DNA of 60,032 bases, filler included. It is 6 parts of 6 records of this genome, joined end to end, with 100 filler letters (N's around TTAATTAATTAA, not from the genome) between each part and the next. Parts side by side here need not be neighbours in the genome. Positions count along the whole stretch, not along the records: positions 29,626 to 47,351 come from SRR31156797_8363; positions 47,452 to 53,550 come from SRR31156797_8370; 4 more parts are not named here. One strand, given 5' to 3'. The translations under genes were made by a program, and so were the position numbers. Positions 40,237-50,577 of this stretch are shown in pieces. Position 1 is the stretch's first letter, and each line of letters starts with the position of its first letter. The notes below the pieces were generated by a model. It was not told the origin of the DNA. It did not search any database and saw only the letters and a program-made list of their open reading frames with translations.

Positions 40237-41586
40237 CTAATTATTTCTTTCTGGAGCAGTTGGTAATATAAAGAAAAACTTACTACCTACATTTCTTTTA
40301 CTTTCAATTTGCAGGTTTGTATTGTGTTTTTTTAATAAGTCATTACAAATAATAAGGCCTATTCCAGCTCCTTTTTCGTTGTGAGTTCCCTTTTGTGTGT
40401 AGTGAATGTTTGGGTGTAAAATGTTATTTATATCTTTTGTAGAAATGCCGATGCCAGTATCGATAACAGCCAATTCGATTTCTTTTTCAGAAAGGGGAGT
40501 GGCTTTTAAAAAAATTTCACCCTTAGGTTTGGTAAATTTGATAGCGTTAAAAATTAAATTTCTAACAATAGTGGTAATCATCTCCTTATCGCAATAAACT
40601 CGTTGGTCTTTGGGAAATGTGTGTGTAATTGTTATATCTTTTTGTAAGGCAATCTCCCTATAAAGGGATTGATTTTCTTTGAAAATGTCAGCAATTTTAT
40701 ATCGCTTAGGTTCAAAATTATATTGATTCAATTGTGTCTTAGTCCAGTTTAAAAGGTTGTTTAAAAGGTTGTAGGTTCTTCTGGCGTGTAGGTATATTGT
40801 CTGGATATCAGATTTATTTACTTTATATTCCTTTTTTTCACTTTTTAATAGAATGTCAAAATAACCAATTAGCGAGGTAAAAGGGCTTCTTAAGTCATGT
40901 GAAATAATTGTAAAAAACCGATCTTTTGTTTCATTTAAATTTTCAAGTACATCTTTTTGAGAGCTGATTTGATCTTTCTCCAGCGATATGTTTTTTTGTG
41001 CTTTGTATAGTTTTACCGAAAAACGTTCGATAACTACAGCTGCTACAATAAACAAAATGGAAGCTACTAAAATATATGAAGAAGATTTGTAAAAAAGTAA
41101 GGGATCCTGAATGTGAAGATGGTGAATAAAAATGGAGACAGAAATAAAGCTTAGAGCAGATAAGCCAATATAAGTTATAGTTATAACAATACTACTCATT
41201 GAAATACCCAAGGTTGCCAATGCGATTAATAATCCGGAAAAAAATGTATAGAAACCATTTGATTCTGGAGACAAACCTGCGTACATAAGAGAAATGGTTA
41301 AATTCATGATTAATATTGCAGAAGCATTAATTAATCTCAGTTTTGACTGTAGTTTGTAGATGTAACTACAAATAAAAGCAATGATTAACGCAGGTATACC
41401 AATGGATATCCTAATGTTAAAAAGTCTATTAAAGGAAATCGCAGTGCTGTGGAAATCTAAAATGGCAAACAATAAATAACCAACAATATAAAGTAGAAGT
41501 AAATTACGAATATAGTGTTTGTTGCTATTAAAAAGCCATTTCTCAAAGTCACTCGCACTTTCCCCCATTTCTTTATTCCAGTGCAT
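40237..41586 (-). CDS. Membrane sensor histidine kinase
   Basis: Several TM helices, ISHDLRSP, NLIFNAIKFT, DTGIG, GAGIGL; start set at ATG 41586, downstream of a TAACTTTG element. Confidence 0.92.
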   Translation of the reverse strand: MHWNKEMGESASDFEKWLFNSNKHYIRNLLLLYIVGYLLFAILDFHSTAISFNRLFNIRISIGIPALIIAFICSYIYKLQSKLRLINASAILIMNLTISLMYAGLSPESNGFYTFFSGLLIALATLGISMSSIVITITYIGLSALSFISVSIFIHHLHIQDPLLFYKSSSYILVASILFIVAAVVIERFSVKLYKAQKNISLEKDQISSQKDVLENLNETKDRFFTIISHDLRSPFTSLIGYFDILLKSEKKEYKVNKSDIQTIYLHARRTYNLLNNLLNWTKTQLNQYNFEPKRYKIADIFKENQSLYREIALQKDITITHTFPKDQRVYCDKEMITTIVRNLIFNAIKFTKPKGEIFLKATPLSEKEIELAVIDTGIGISTKDINNILHPNIHYTQKGTHNEKGAGIGLIICNDLLKKHNTNLQIESKRNVGSKFFFILPTAPERNN

Positions 41587-41719
41587 AGTATTTCTGTTAA
41601 TCCGTGCATTTAAAGTAATGCATAGCAAAGTTAGGTCTTTGCTATATTTATATCTAATGAAAGTTGCTAAAAAACTTTAAATACCTGACAAATACACGGA
41701 TTAATCAGAAATTAGTTGT

Positions 41720-42733
41720 TTATCCAAATACTTTAATGAATTCTTCTACTTTGGATACCATATTACTTGATCCGCAATAAAAAGGAGTTCGTTGGTGCAG
41801 TGAGTTTGGTTTTAACTCCATAATTCTTTTCTTACCATCGGTAGCTTTTCCACCGGCTTGCTCTATAATAAACGCAATTGGATTACATTCATATAATAGC
41901 CTAAGTTTGCCTTTCGGAGCACTTTCGGTAATGGGGTACATAAATATACCACCTTTTAACAGGTTTCGATGTACATCTGAAACCAGAGAACCAATATATC
42001 TGGATGAATAAGGGCGATTTGTGTCAGGATCTTTTTCCTGGCAGTATTTAATGTATTGCTTTACTCCTGCAGGAAATTTTAAATAATTGCCTTCGTTGAT
42101 AGAATAAAAAGACCCGTCTTCAGGGGTTTTTATGAGTTGATGTGATAAGCAAAACTCACCAATCGAAGGATCTAATGTAAAACCATTTATACCTTGTCCA
42201 GTTGTATAAACCAACATGGTAGATGAGCCGTAAAGAACATAGCCTGCAGCAACTTGTTCTGTACCAGGTTGTAAAAAATCTTCCATGGTTGCTTTTTCAC
42301 CCTTTTGTGTTTTTCGTTTATAAATGGAGAATATGGTTCCAATAGAAACGTTAACGTCAATGTTAGATGAGCCATCCAATGGGTCCATTAAAAATACATA
42401 CTTCCCATTGCGTGCAACATCATCATCAAAAAATATAAAACTTTCGTTTTCTTCCGATGCAATGGCGCAAACTTCACCACACGAATGCAAAGAGTTTATA
42501 AAATGTTCGTTAGCAAAAACATCTAATTTCTTTTGTTCCTCTCCCTGAACATTAGATGTGCCCATTTCTCCTAGTATATCTACCAGACCAGCTTTATTTA
42601 CTTCGCGGTTAACTATTTTAGCTGCAGTACCAACATGGTGTAAAAGGTGGGATAAATCACCTTCTGCTTTGGGAAATTGAGCCTGATTTTCGAGGATAAA
42701 TTCATTAAGTGTTGTAACTTCAAATTGATTCAT
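41720..42733 (-). CDS. fbp: Class 1 fructose-1,6-bisphosphatase
   Basis: [36 protein letters not shown]. Confidence 0.97.
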   Translation of the reverse strand: MNQFEVTTLNEFILENQAQFPKAEGDLSHLLHHVGTAAKIVNREVNKAGLVDILGEMGTSNVQGEEQKKLDVFANEHFINSLHSCGEVCAIASEENESFIFFDDDVARNGKYVFLMDPLDGSSNIDVNVSIGTIFSIYKRKTQKGEKATMEDFLQPGTEQVAAGYVLYGSSTMLVYTTGQGINGFTLDPSIGEFCLSHQLIKTPEDGSFYSINEGNYLKFPAGVKQYIKYCQEKDPDTNRPYSSRYIGSLVSDVHRNLLKGGIFMYPITESAPKGKLRLLYECNPIAFIIEQAGGKATDGKKRIMELKPNSLHQRTPFYCGSSNMVSKVEEFIKVFG

Positions 42734-42890
42734 AGACTTGATTTTTGGGATTTGTATTTTTATGATGATCAGTTAATATTAATCTTTAAATACTAATTTG
42801 ATGCTGATAAAAATCACCATCTTAAATGACTACAATCGGCTTAAAAAGTGAGGTAATCATTATATTTGACATGCTTAAAGTTTATTCATA

Positions 42891-44162
42891 ATGGTACAGG
42901 TTTATAAGTTTGGAGGAGCTTCGGTTAAAGATGCTTTCGGTATTAAGAATGTTTGTCGTATAATTCAAAAATGTACTCAACCTTTGTTGGTGGTTATTTC
43001 TGCAATGGGAAAAACGACCAATGCAATGGAAGATCTTGTAGAAGCATATTTTAATCAAAACCAAGCGCAAATTAAAAAGGCATACGATGTTATTTATGCC
43101 TATCATAACCAAGTTGTACAGGAATTGTTTGAAAGTGAGGATGTATTTCTGCAAGAGTTTGATAAACTCTTAAAAAAGATATGGGAAAGAGTTGTGATTA
43201 AGCCAGGATTGGATTATGATTATGAGTATGATCAAATTGTTCCATTTGGAGAAATGTTGTCTACAAAGATTGTTAGTGCATACGCTAATTCTGTAAAACT
43301 GCGGAATAAATGGTTAGATGTGCGTGAACTACTAAAAACAGATGATAATTATAGGGATGCCGGAATTTTGTGGGAGTTAAGTGAGAGGTTTGTTAAAAAA
43401 GAGATCAGTTTTGAAGATGATGCTATTTATATAACACAAGGTTTTGTTGGATCTACCATTAATAATATTACAACCACACTCGGTCGCGAAGGTTCTGATT
43501 ATTCAGGTGCTATATTAGCCCATATTTTAAATGCGGAAAGTCTTTCAATTTGGAAGGATGTACCAGGGGTATTAAATGCTGATCCTCGTTGGTATCCTAA
43601 TGCACAACAGTTAGAGGAGATTTCGTACCCGGAGGCGATTGAATTGGCATATTATGGCGCTCAGGTTATTCATCCTAAAACTTTAAAGCCTTTGCAAAGT
43701 AAGCGAATTCCTTTATTTGTAAAATCTTTTGTAGACGATAGTTTAACAGGAACTGTAATTCGAAGTTTAGAATCAGAGCCACTAGGATTACCTGTTTTTA
43801 TATTAAAGCAAGATCAATTGTTTATTACAATTTCACCAAAGGACTTTTCTTTTATAATGGAAGATAACTTGAGTGATATATTTGCAGTTTTCAGTAAACA
43901 TAAAACCAGAGTGAATCTGATGCAAACATCAGCATTAAATTTTTCAGTATGTATTAATAATGTGCGCGAGGTTGATCAACTAATAAATACGCTGCAGAAA
44001 GATTATTTGGTTCGTTATAATGAAAATGTAGAATTAGTTACTATCAGAAATTATAACGATAATGCACTGGTGGAAATTACAACAGGAAAAAAAGTGGTGG
44101 ATTCTCAATTAAGCAGAAAAACTGCGCGATATGTATTAATGAAGAGTGAATGGAATTTTTGA
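42891..44162 (+). CDS. lysC: Aspartate kinase
   Basis: KFGGASV, SAMGKTTN, TTLGREGSDYS, KDVPGVLNADP, VIHPKT. Confidence 0.93.
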   Translation: MVQVYKFGGASVKDAFGIKNVCRIIQKCTQPLLVVISAMGKTTNAMEDLVEAYFNQNQAQIKKAYDVIYAYHNQVVQELFESEDVFLQEFDKLLKKIWERVVIKPGLDYDYEYDQIVPFGEMLSTKIVSAYANSVKLRNKWLDVRELLKTDDNYRDAGILWELSERFVKKEISFEDDAIYITQGFVGSTINNITTTLGREGSDYSGAILAHILNAESLSIWKDVPGVLNADPRWYPNAQQLEEISYPEAIELAYYGAQVIHPKTLKPLQSKRIPLFVKSFVDDSLTGTVIRSLESEPLGLPVFILKQDQLFITISPKDFSFIMEDNLSDIFAVFSKHKTRVNLMQTSALNFSVCINNVREVDQLINTLQKDYLVRYNENVELVTIRNYNDNALVEITTGKKVVDSQLSRKTARYVLMKSEWNF

Positions 44163-44172
44163 CAATGAAATA

Positions 44173-44664
44173 TCAAAAATCCTTTAAATAAAATGCTGCC
44201 CGGTAACCTCTGAGTTTGCCTGTTTCGTCATAAATCTCGTAGGCTAAAAGAATTTGTAATATTTCTTTGTGCAGCTGATTAGTTTTATTATCGAATTTCC
44301 AGGTTTCGGAGAATTGTAATTTGCCAACATTTTTTCTATTAAACTCAGATTTGGATTCAATACTCCGGATGTCGTCGATACTTAGCTTCTCATTTGTATA
44401 ATAATCATATGCGATTTTTTCCTTATTATAAACCTTGTCAAATAATTCATCTATAATCTTAAGTTGATGAACAGCCTTTACTTTTTGCGATTCCCATTCA
44501 TTTAATGTATCCGGATTGTTGATCAGTACCTCATATATAATTGTATCAGCCCACAAACTATAATCAGCCTCTGTATTGGAATGATTGGATGATGGCTGAT
44601 TGTTGCAGCTCCATAACGAAAGGAAAATGATACAGGTAACAACAATGGAAATGTAGGTCTTCAT
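44173..44664 (-). CDS. Hypothetical lipoprotein (weak GldN-like similarity)
   Basis: Lipobox LWSC; F.E.W.FD motif. Confidence 0.6.
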   Translation of the reverse strand: MKTYISIVVTCIIFLSLWSCNNQPSSNHSNTEADYSLWADTIIYEVLINNPDTLNEWESQKVKAVHQLKIIDELFDKVYNKEKIAYDYYTNEKLSIDDIRSIESKSEFNRKNVGKLQFSETWKFDNKTNQLHKEILQILLAYEIYDETGKLRGYRAAFYLKDF

Positions 44665-44677
44665 AAAATCGAAATAA

Positions 44678-44703
44678 TAAGCGAGCTAACTATTGCTCGC
44701 TTA
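44678..44703 (-). terminator. Probable terminator of pyrC
   Basis: taagcgagc-taactatt-gctcgctta followed by a T-rich run on the minus strand. Confidence 0.5.
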
Positions 44704-44760
44704 TGTAATTATAATGAGATATTGATTTAGTTATAACTGAAAAAGGAGAGTGTTAACAAT

Positions 44761-46101
44761 CTATTTTCTAAATAAAAGTCGTTCCCCTTTTTTATTATCG
44801 TTAAAAATACCATTGTGAAATGCTAAATGACCGTTTACAAAAGTATGACTAACGTAATGTTTAAATTCTTGTCCTTCAAAAGGACTCCATCCACATTTTG
44901 AATATATATTATCAGAAGTAACCGTCCAGTTCGATGCCGGTTCAACAATAACAAGATCTGCTTTATAACCTTCTCTAATAAAACCACGATCTTTTACCCG
45001 GAATAATTTTGCCGGCGCATGGCACATTTTATCAGCAACTTGTTCATAAGTAAATACGCCTTGCTCAACCATTTCTAACATGGCCACCATAGCATGTTGT
45101 ACTAATGGTCCTCCGGAAGGAGCATTAAAATATGTGCCTTCTTTTTCTTCTTTTGTATGTGGAGCATGGTCGGTTGCAACTACATCAAGTACTCCATTTT
45201 TTAATGCTTCTCTTAGCGCATCTCTATCTTTTCTTGTTTTAATGGCAGGATTCCATTTTATACGAGCACCATATTTTTTGTAATCCTCATTTGTAAACCA
45301 AAGATGATGTACACAAGCTTCTCCAGTCACTTTTTTTTCTTCAATAGGCATATCTTTATCCAATAAAGAAAGCTCTTTGGCTGTAGTTAAGTGTAGTATG
45401 TGCAATCTTGCTCCATGTTTTCTTGCTAAAGCTGCTGCTTTTTCAGAAGATTTATAGCAAGCTTCCTCTGATCGTATCAGATGGTGCATTTCGAATGGAA
45501 CCTCCTCGCCATACTTATCTTTGTAAGCTTTTAAATTGCCCTGAATAGTATCTTCGTCTTCACAGTGAGTGGCAATTAAAGTAGGTGCTTGAGAGAAAAT
45601 GCCTGCCAGTGTATCTCCATTGTCAACCAGCATATTTCCGGTAGATGATCCCATAAAAACCTTTATTCCACACACTTTTTCAGGATCGGTCTTTAAAAGC
45701 TCTTCCAGATTATCATTTGTTGCACCTATGTAAAAAGAATAGTTAGCAATTGATTTTTCAGCGGCTAACGTATATTTTTCTTCAAGAATTTCCTGCGTGG
45801 TTGCCTGAGGTTTTGTATTAGGCATTTCCATAAAAGAAGTGATTCCTCCTGCAACAGCAGCTCTGGCCTCAGTATAAATCTCAGCTTTATGAGTCAATCC
45901 TGGTTCCCGAAAATGAACCTGATCATCTATTGCTCCCGGGAAAAGTAACTTTCCTTCTCCATCGATTACTTCATCTGCATTTGGAATTGGTTCACCTTCT
46001 TTTAGAATTTTTTCAATAATATCATTTGTAATAAATACGCTTCCAATAAACGAATTGTCTTCGTTTACGATTTTTATATTTTTAATTAAAGTAGATGCCA
46101 T
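44761..46101 (-). CDS. pyrC: Dihydroorotase
   Basis: DDQVHFREPG, EMPNT, KVFMGSSTG, KWNP, ATDHAPH, KCGWSPFEG. Confidence 0.93.
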   Translation of the reverse strand: MASTLIKNIKIVNEDNSFIGSVFITNDIIEKILKEGEPIPNADEVIDGEGKLLFPGAIDDQVHFREPGLTHKAEIYTEARAAVAGGITSFMEMPNTKPQATTQEILEEKYTLAAEKSIANYSFYIGATNDNLEELLKTDPEKVCGIKVFMGSSTGNMLVDNGDTLAGIFSQAPTLIATHCEDEDTIQGNLKAYKDKYGEEVPFEMHHLIRSEEACYKSSEKAAALARKHGARLHILHLTTAKELSLLDKDMPIEEKKVTGEACVHHLWFTNEDYKKYGARIKWNPAIKTRKDRDALREALKNGVLDVVATDHAPHTKEEKEGTYFNAPSGGPLVQHAMVAMLEMVEQGVFTYEQVADKMCHAPAKLFRVKDRGFIREGYKADLVIVEPASNWTVTSDNIYSKCGWSPFEGQEFKHYVSHTFVNGHLAFHNGIFNDNKKGERLLFRK

Positions 46102-46177
46102 AGCTTTTAATAAATTATGAATCGATATATGTAATGTATTAATATAAGATATTTGAATCTAATTTGTTTGTCAATAT

Positions 46178-46909
46178 TTATCGTTCATACTTTTTAAACC
46201 AACTGGCTATTTTCATTTTAATGACACCCCAAACGGCTTCGTTAAAAATACCACCACTCATTTTCGAAGTCCCTTGCTGCCTATCCGTAAATACTATGGG
46301 CACTTCTGCAATAGAAAAACCATATTTCCAGGTAGTGAATTTCATCTCGATTTGAAATGCATAACCTTTTAGCCTAATTTTATCTAATGGAATGGTTTCC
46401 AAAGTTTGTCTTTTGTAGCATTTGAACCCGGCAGTAGTATCCATAATTTTCATGCCTGTAACAAAACGTACATAAACAGAAGCAAAATAAGACATAAGAA
46501 CTCTGCCCATTGGCCAGTTGACTACATTAACACCTGATTTGTATCGTGAACCAATAGCTAAATCAGCACCTTGCTTACATGCATCATATAATGCTAATAG
46601 TTTTTCTGGTGGATGAGAGAAATCTGCATCCATCTCAAATATATAGTCATACTGATGTTCTATGGCCCATTTAAAACCTGTAATATATGCGGTTCCTAAA
46701 CCTAGTTTGCCTTTTCTTTCTACAATATGAAGTTTACCTGCATACTTATCATTCTGAAGTTTCTTTACTATATCAGCAGTTCCATCTGGAGAATTATCTT
46801 CTATTATTAGAATATGAAAATCTTTAGGGAGATCAAAAACTGTATCTATTATGGCTTCGATGTTCTCCTTTTCATTGTAGGTTGGTATAATAACTAAACT
46901 ATCGCTCAC
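46178..46909 (-). CDS. Polyprenol monophosphomannose synthase (GT2)
   Basis: IPTYNE, DNSPDGT, KLGLGTAY, MDADFSH, GYAFQIE, GTSKMS. Confidence 0.92.
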   Translation of the reverse strand: MSDSLVIIPTYNEKENIEAIIDTVFDLPKDFHILIIEDNSPDGTADIVKKLQNDKYAGKLHIVERKGKLGLGTAYITGFKWAIEHQYDYIFEMDADFSHPPEKLLALYDACKQGADLAIGSRYKSGVNVVNWPMGRVLMSYFASVYVRFVTGMKIMDTTAGFKCYKRQTLETIPLDKIRLKGYAFQIEMKFTTWKYGFSIAEVPIVFTDRQQGTSKMSGGIFNEAVWGVIKMKIASWFKKYER

Positions 46910-47162
46910 GGTAATTAACTTTATAAATAAATGAAGCTACGAATATAACAACAACCTAAATAACTAAGTATGATTTTAATTAATTTATTAAGTTTATTAT
47001 TATACAATAGCTTTTGTTCTAAACTAATGTTTTAGTGTATGGTTTACTGACTGTTTTGATGTGTAAATTAAAATGAGAGAAAAAATGGTATTTGTAAAGA
47101 TTAGTAAATGTGACTGTTGAGTGTTGTTTTGTGATTTTCTTTGAAAAAAGTGCAGGTTAAAT

Positions 47163-47200
47163 TTTGAAAATAGAAAATAAGTAGCTTATCTTTGCACCCG
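47163..47200 (+). promoter_or_regulatory. Bacteroidota sigma-A promoter, probably of an rRNA/tRNA operon
   Basis: TTTG (47163-66), 20-nt spacer, TATCTTTG (47187-94), then CACCCGC; no ORF before the contig end. Confidence 0.65.
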
Positions 47201-47351
47201 CTTTTAAGGAAAAGCAGCTTTAAAATTTGAAATGTTTGTGAGAATAATTGAGATTACAATGGTGTAATTGTTGATTTGAAATGGGTTTCGAAAACGTAAA
47301 ATGCTTTTTGAGAAAATAAAGAAAAAACATTTGGAGAATAGGAAATAAAGT

Positions 47352-47451
47352 NNNNNNNNNNNNNNNNNNNNNNNNNNNNNNNNNNNNNNNNNNNNTTAAT
47401 TAATTAANNNNNNNNNNNNNNNNNNNNNNNNNNNNNNNNNNNNNNNNNNNN
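47352..47451. other. Artificial contig linker
   Basis: N44-TTAATTAATTAA-N44. Confidence 0.99.
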
Positions 47452-48561
47452 TTATTTAATGAAATTCAAAAAGCAAGGAATTTAGAGAGATACTTTTCTG
47501 AGGACTATGAATTTGATACTATAAATAATGTTGTTGCTCCAAACTTAGTAGAGACATTGAATTCTGAGAATTTAAAAAACGTAAAAACTAATGATGATTT
47601 ATATTACAGTAGAACACTTATCACTTTAAGAGATATTGCTTATTACTTCAATATGGATAATCTTTTACAGTTAAAGAATACAGTAGATTTAATAAATGCT
47701 ACACCAGAAACAAAATCTTTAAAAGAATCAGCACTAAGACTATTAAATAAGATTTTGAGTACTGATGCAGGATTTATGAGCAAGGTAACTAAATCTACAG
47801 ATGTAATCTTTACTCAATTAACAACTGGTCCAATTGGTAGAATTTTAAATACATTAAGATGTAATACATTAAGGGATGATTTCTTTGATCCTAAAAAATC
47901 TATCATGCTATTAGTGCAAACCTCATCAATTAAATATAAAGCTATCTCAAGCTATTTATCTAAGATTGTTCTTAAGATGTTTGAAAATATGATTGGTAAT
48001 GTTTCTACTCTTGATGAAAAACTTTATAGAAAGATATCTGTTCTTATTGATGAAGCAAATGCAGTACTTTATCCTGGTATTGAAGAACTCTTTAATAAAG
48101 CAGGGGGAATCGGCTTAAAACTGTTTTTGTATACTCAGTCGTTTGCTGACTATATCTTAAAACTAAAAAAAGATAATGCTAATGTAGTTCTTGACAATAT
48201 TAATACATATAACTTAATGAGAATGAATGAGGAAGAAAGTATTAAAAAAGCAGTAGAAAAAGTTGGTAGTAAACAAAGAGTTATGGCATCACTACAATTC
48301 TCAGACTCTTTAATGTTTAGAAGTGGTGCTCAAGTAACTGAAGTAGCACAAATACAACACGCAGATTTTAGTACTTTTGAAGTAGGGCATAGTGTAATGG
48401 TTCATTATGGCGATATTTATTGGTTACAACATCCTGCAATAGAATTACCAAAAATTAAAATCAAGATGCCTGAGAGTAAATCAGCAAAATTAAGAAGAGA
48501 CCTAGAACAAAGAGAGCTAGAGTTTGTAAAACAATTAGATGAATTAGAAAATGTAGCATAA
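47452..48561 (+). CDS. Type IV coupling protein (TraD/VirD4-like), C-terminal part
   Basis: Frame open from contig start; VLIDEAN...LFNKAGGIG...YTQSFAD...VLDNINT...MR pattern of the TraG-D_C domain. Confidence 0.75.
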   Translation, partial: LFNEIQKARNLERYFSEDYEFDTINNVVAPNLVETLNSENLKNVKTNDDLYYSRTLITLRDIAYYFNMDNLLQLKNTVDLINATPETKSLKESALRLLNKILSTDAGFMSKVTKSTDVIFTQLTTGPIGRILNTLRCNTLRDDFFDPKKSIMLLVQTSSIKYKAISSYLSKIVLKMFENMIGNVSTLDEKLYRKISVLIDEANAVLYPGIEELFNKAGGIGLKLFLYTQSFADYILKLKKDNANVVLDNINTYNLMRMNEEESIKKAVEKVGSKQRVMASLQFSDSLMFRSGAQVTEVAQIQHADFSTFEVGHSVMVHYGDIYWLQHPAIELPKIKIKMPESKSAKLRRDLEQRELEFVKQLDELENVA

Positions 48562-48572
48562 AGGATATAACA

Positions 48573-49901
48573 TTGCAAAGTAATTTAACTCAAGAAGAGA
48601 TTAATCAAATACTACTAGAACAGTATAAGTTAATTAGAGAAAAAACCATTTCAATTATTACAGAATTCAATAAGAAGCTTGTTGAAAGGGATGAGGTAAT
48701 ACCTTTACTTATTCTAGCTTTATATTGTAGACAAAATGTTTTACTATTTGGTGAAGCAGGTGTTTCTAAAACAAGAATGATGTTGTTATTAGCTAGTTTA
48801 ACTGGATATAAAGACTATAATATAAATATAGCAGAGATATCATCACCTGCAGAAATGATTGGTACAGTAGAAGACATGGAAAATGAAGAGTTAAGAAGTA
48901 TTGTAAATTGTCAGATTGCACTAATTGATGAGATATTTAAAGCTAGACAAAATGGATTATTACATTCTTTATTAAACATCATTAGAGAAAAAGTTGTAAC
49001 TCTAGGTGGTAAAGTAAAAAACCTTGACCTTAAGATGGTAATAGGCTCATCAAATGAATTTGGTACTCATAAATCATTAATTCCATTTAATGATAGATTT
49101 CCTTTAAAGTGTATAGTACAAAGAATTCAAAGTGAAGATAACTTCTTAAAATATTGGAATGAAGAGTATGAAAAAGATTTTATCTTTGAAAGGCACACTT
49201 CAGATGAAGAGATTGATAAAATCATAAGTTTTTCTAAAAAAATTAAAGAAGAACCAATTGTTACAAAATTTATTATGGAATTAAGAAATGAAATAATAAG
49301 AAATAAGCTTCAGTTTTCAGATAGAGCTTTTGGTGACTCTAAGACAATATTAAAAGTATCAGCAATTTTAAATGGTAGAGATACTATTAATATATCAGAT
49401 ATATTTTTATTTAAATATATGGGATGGGTTGAAGAAGATAGTATGAAAAGGTTATGGAAAATTATAAATGAAATTGTATTTGGTAATAAAAATGAGTTAC
49501 TTAAAATACAAAACAATTTTGATAAAGAAGTTCAAAAAGTTGATGATAGAATCCAAGGTAAAATTGAAAGAACTCTTAATTATGATTTTGAGATACATTC
49601 CCATGACACTTTTGACTCAATTAAAAAAGTACTTGTTGATATTAAAGATTCATATATTGATCTATTAAACTTTTTAGAAACACAAATACATAGAAGAAGA
49701 GTACATCATTCATTTGAAATTCAATTAAAAAGAAACTTATTTTTAAAAAACTACAAAGATACAGTATTTGATGCAACTATATTAAATAAAATGAGAAAAA
49801 GCAGACAATATATTATAAGACAAATTAATATTTTAGAAAGTTGGTTAACTAAAAATACTAGTTCACCAGTCTATCTACAAAACATGGCATCTAATAAGTA
49901 G
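48573..49901 (+). CDS. MoxR/RavA-like AAA+ ATPase
   Basis: LVERDE.I, GEAGVSKT, IDEIFKA, LLNIIRE, SSNE, DRF, SDR. Confidence 0.85.
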   Translation: MQSNLTQEEINQILLEQYKLIREKTISIITEFNKKLVERDEVIPLLILALYCRQNVLLFGEAGVSKTRMMLLLASLTGYKDYNINIAEISSPAEMIGTVEDMENEELRSIVNCQIALIDEIFKARQNGLLHSLLNIIREKVVTLGGKVKNLDLKMVIGSSNEFGTHKSLIPFNDRFPLKCIVQRIQSEDNFLKYWNEEYEKDFIFERHTSDEEIDKIISFSKKIKEEPIVTKFIMELRNEIIRNKLQFSDRAFGDSKTILKVSAILNGRDTINISDIFLFKYMGWVEEDSMKRLWKIINEIVFGNKNELLKIQNNFDKEVQKVDDRIQGKIERTLNYDFEIHSHDTFDSIKKVLVDIKDSYIDLLNFLETQIHRRRVHHSFEIQLKRNLFLKNYKDTVFDATILNKMRKSRQYIIRQINILESWLTKNTSSPVYLQNMASNK

Positions 49902-49971
49902 AAAACTAAATATTTTCTACTGTTAGATTACTTTATTATAAATTACCCATTTAAAGCACATTAGTTATTCA

Positions 49972-50096
49972 AAAATTATTTATAGTTATTTTTTTGTCAC
50001 AATACAATCAATTAATAACTATATTCCATATCTCCAATAATCTTTAATTATAAAATTATTTATAGTTATTTTTTTGTCACATAATCCAATGTGACA
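49972..50096. repeat. 30-bp perfect direct repeat (period 80) plus an 8-bp palindrome
   Basis: aaaattatttatagttatttttttgtcaca at 49972-50001 and 50052-50081; tgtcacat-N6-atgtgaca at 50075-50096. Confidence 0.85.
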
Positions 50097-50188
50097 GCTA
50101 TAATCGGCTATTTTATAATTAAAAAATTTTAATTATATATTAATAGGAATAAAGCTAGAATATTACTATTATAATTTTAGGAGAATGA

Positions 50189-50476
50189 ATGGTTAAGGTT
50201 CCAGATAACCTATATAAAAACATTATTTCAAGAGAAATTGATAACTTTGTAAATAAAGATATAGAGTTAATTAATTTGTCTTATGGAATTCAATCTTCAA
50301 TAGGTGACACTATTTTTCGCAATTCCTTAAAAAATCTCAGCTTATATTTATTCAGTCAAAATATAACAGATTTAAAAGAAAAACTTGAATTTATTAATGA
50401 ATATAAAACAAAGATAAAACTAAGAATAAATCCAAACTACAGGGCTAACATTTCAGAAATAATTATTTTTAATTGA
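50189..50476 (+). CDS. Hypothetical protein
   Basis: AGGAG RBS, 95-aa ORF. Confidence 0.65.
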   Translation: MVKVPDNLYKNIISREIDNFVNKDIELINLSYGIQSSIGDTIFRNSLKNLSLYLFSQNITDLKEKLEFINEYKTKIKLRINPNYRANISEIIIFN

Positions 50477-50577
50477 AAATAACTTTAAAATAAACTACCT
50501 CATCATAAAAAATGTATTTTTTTATTATAATCTATTTAAAAACATTATGTTAAAATTATTTTAAAAAAAGGTTTATA

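Noticed and set aside
49972-50081. Possible mini-CRISPR (30-bp repeats)
   Set aside because: Only two copies, a 50-nt spacer that contains part of the repeat in inverted form, and no cas genes.
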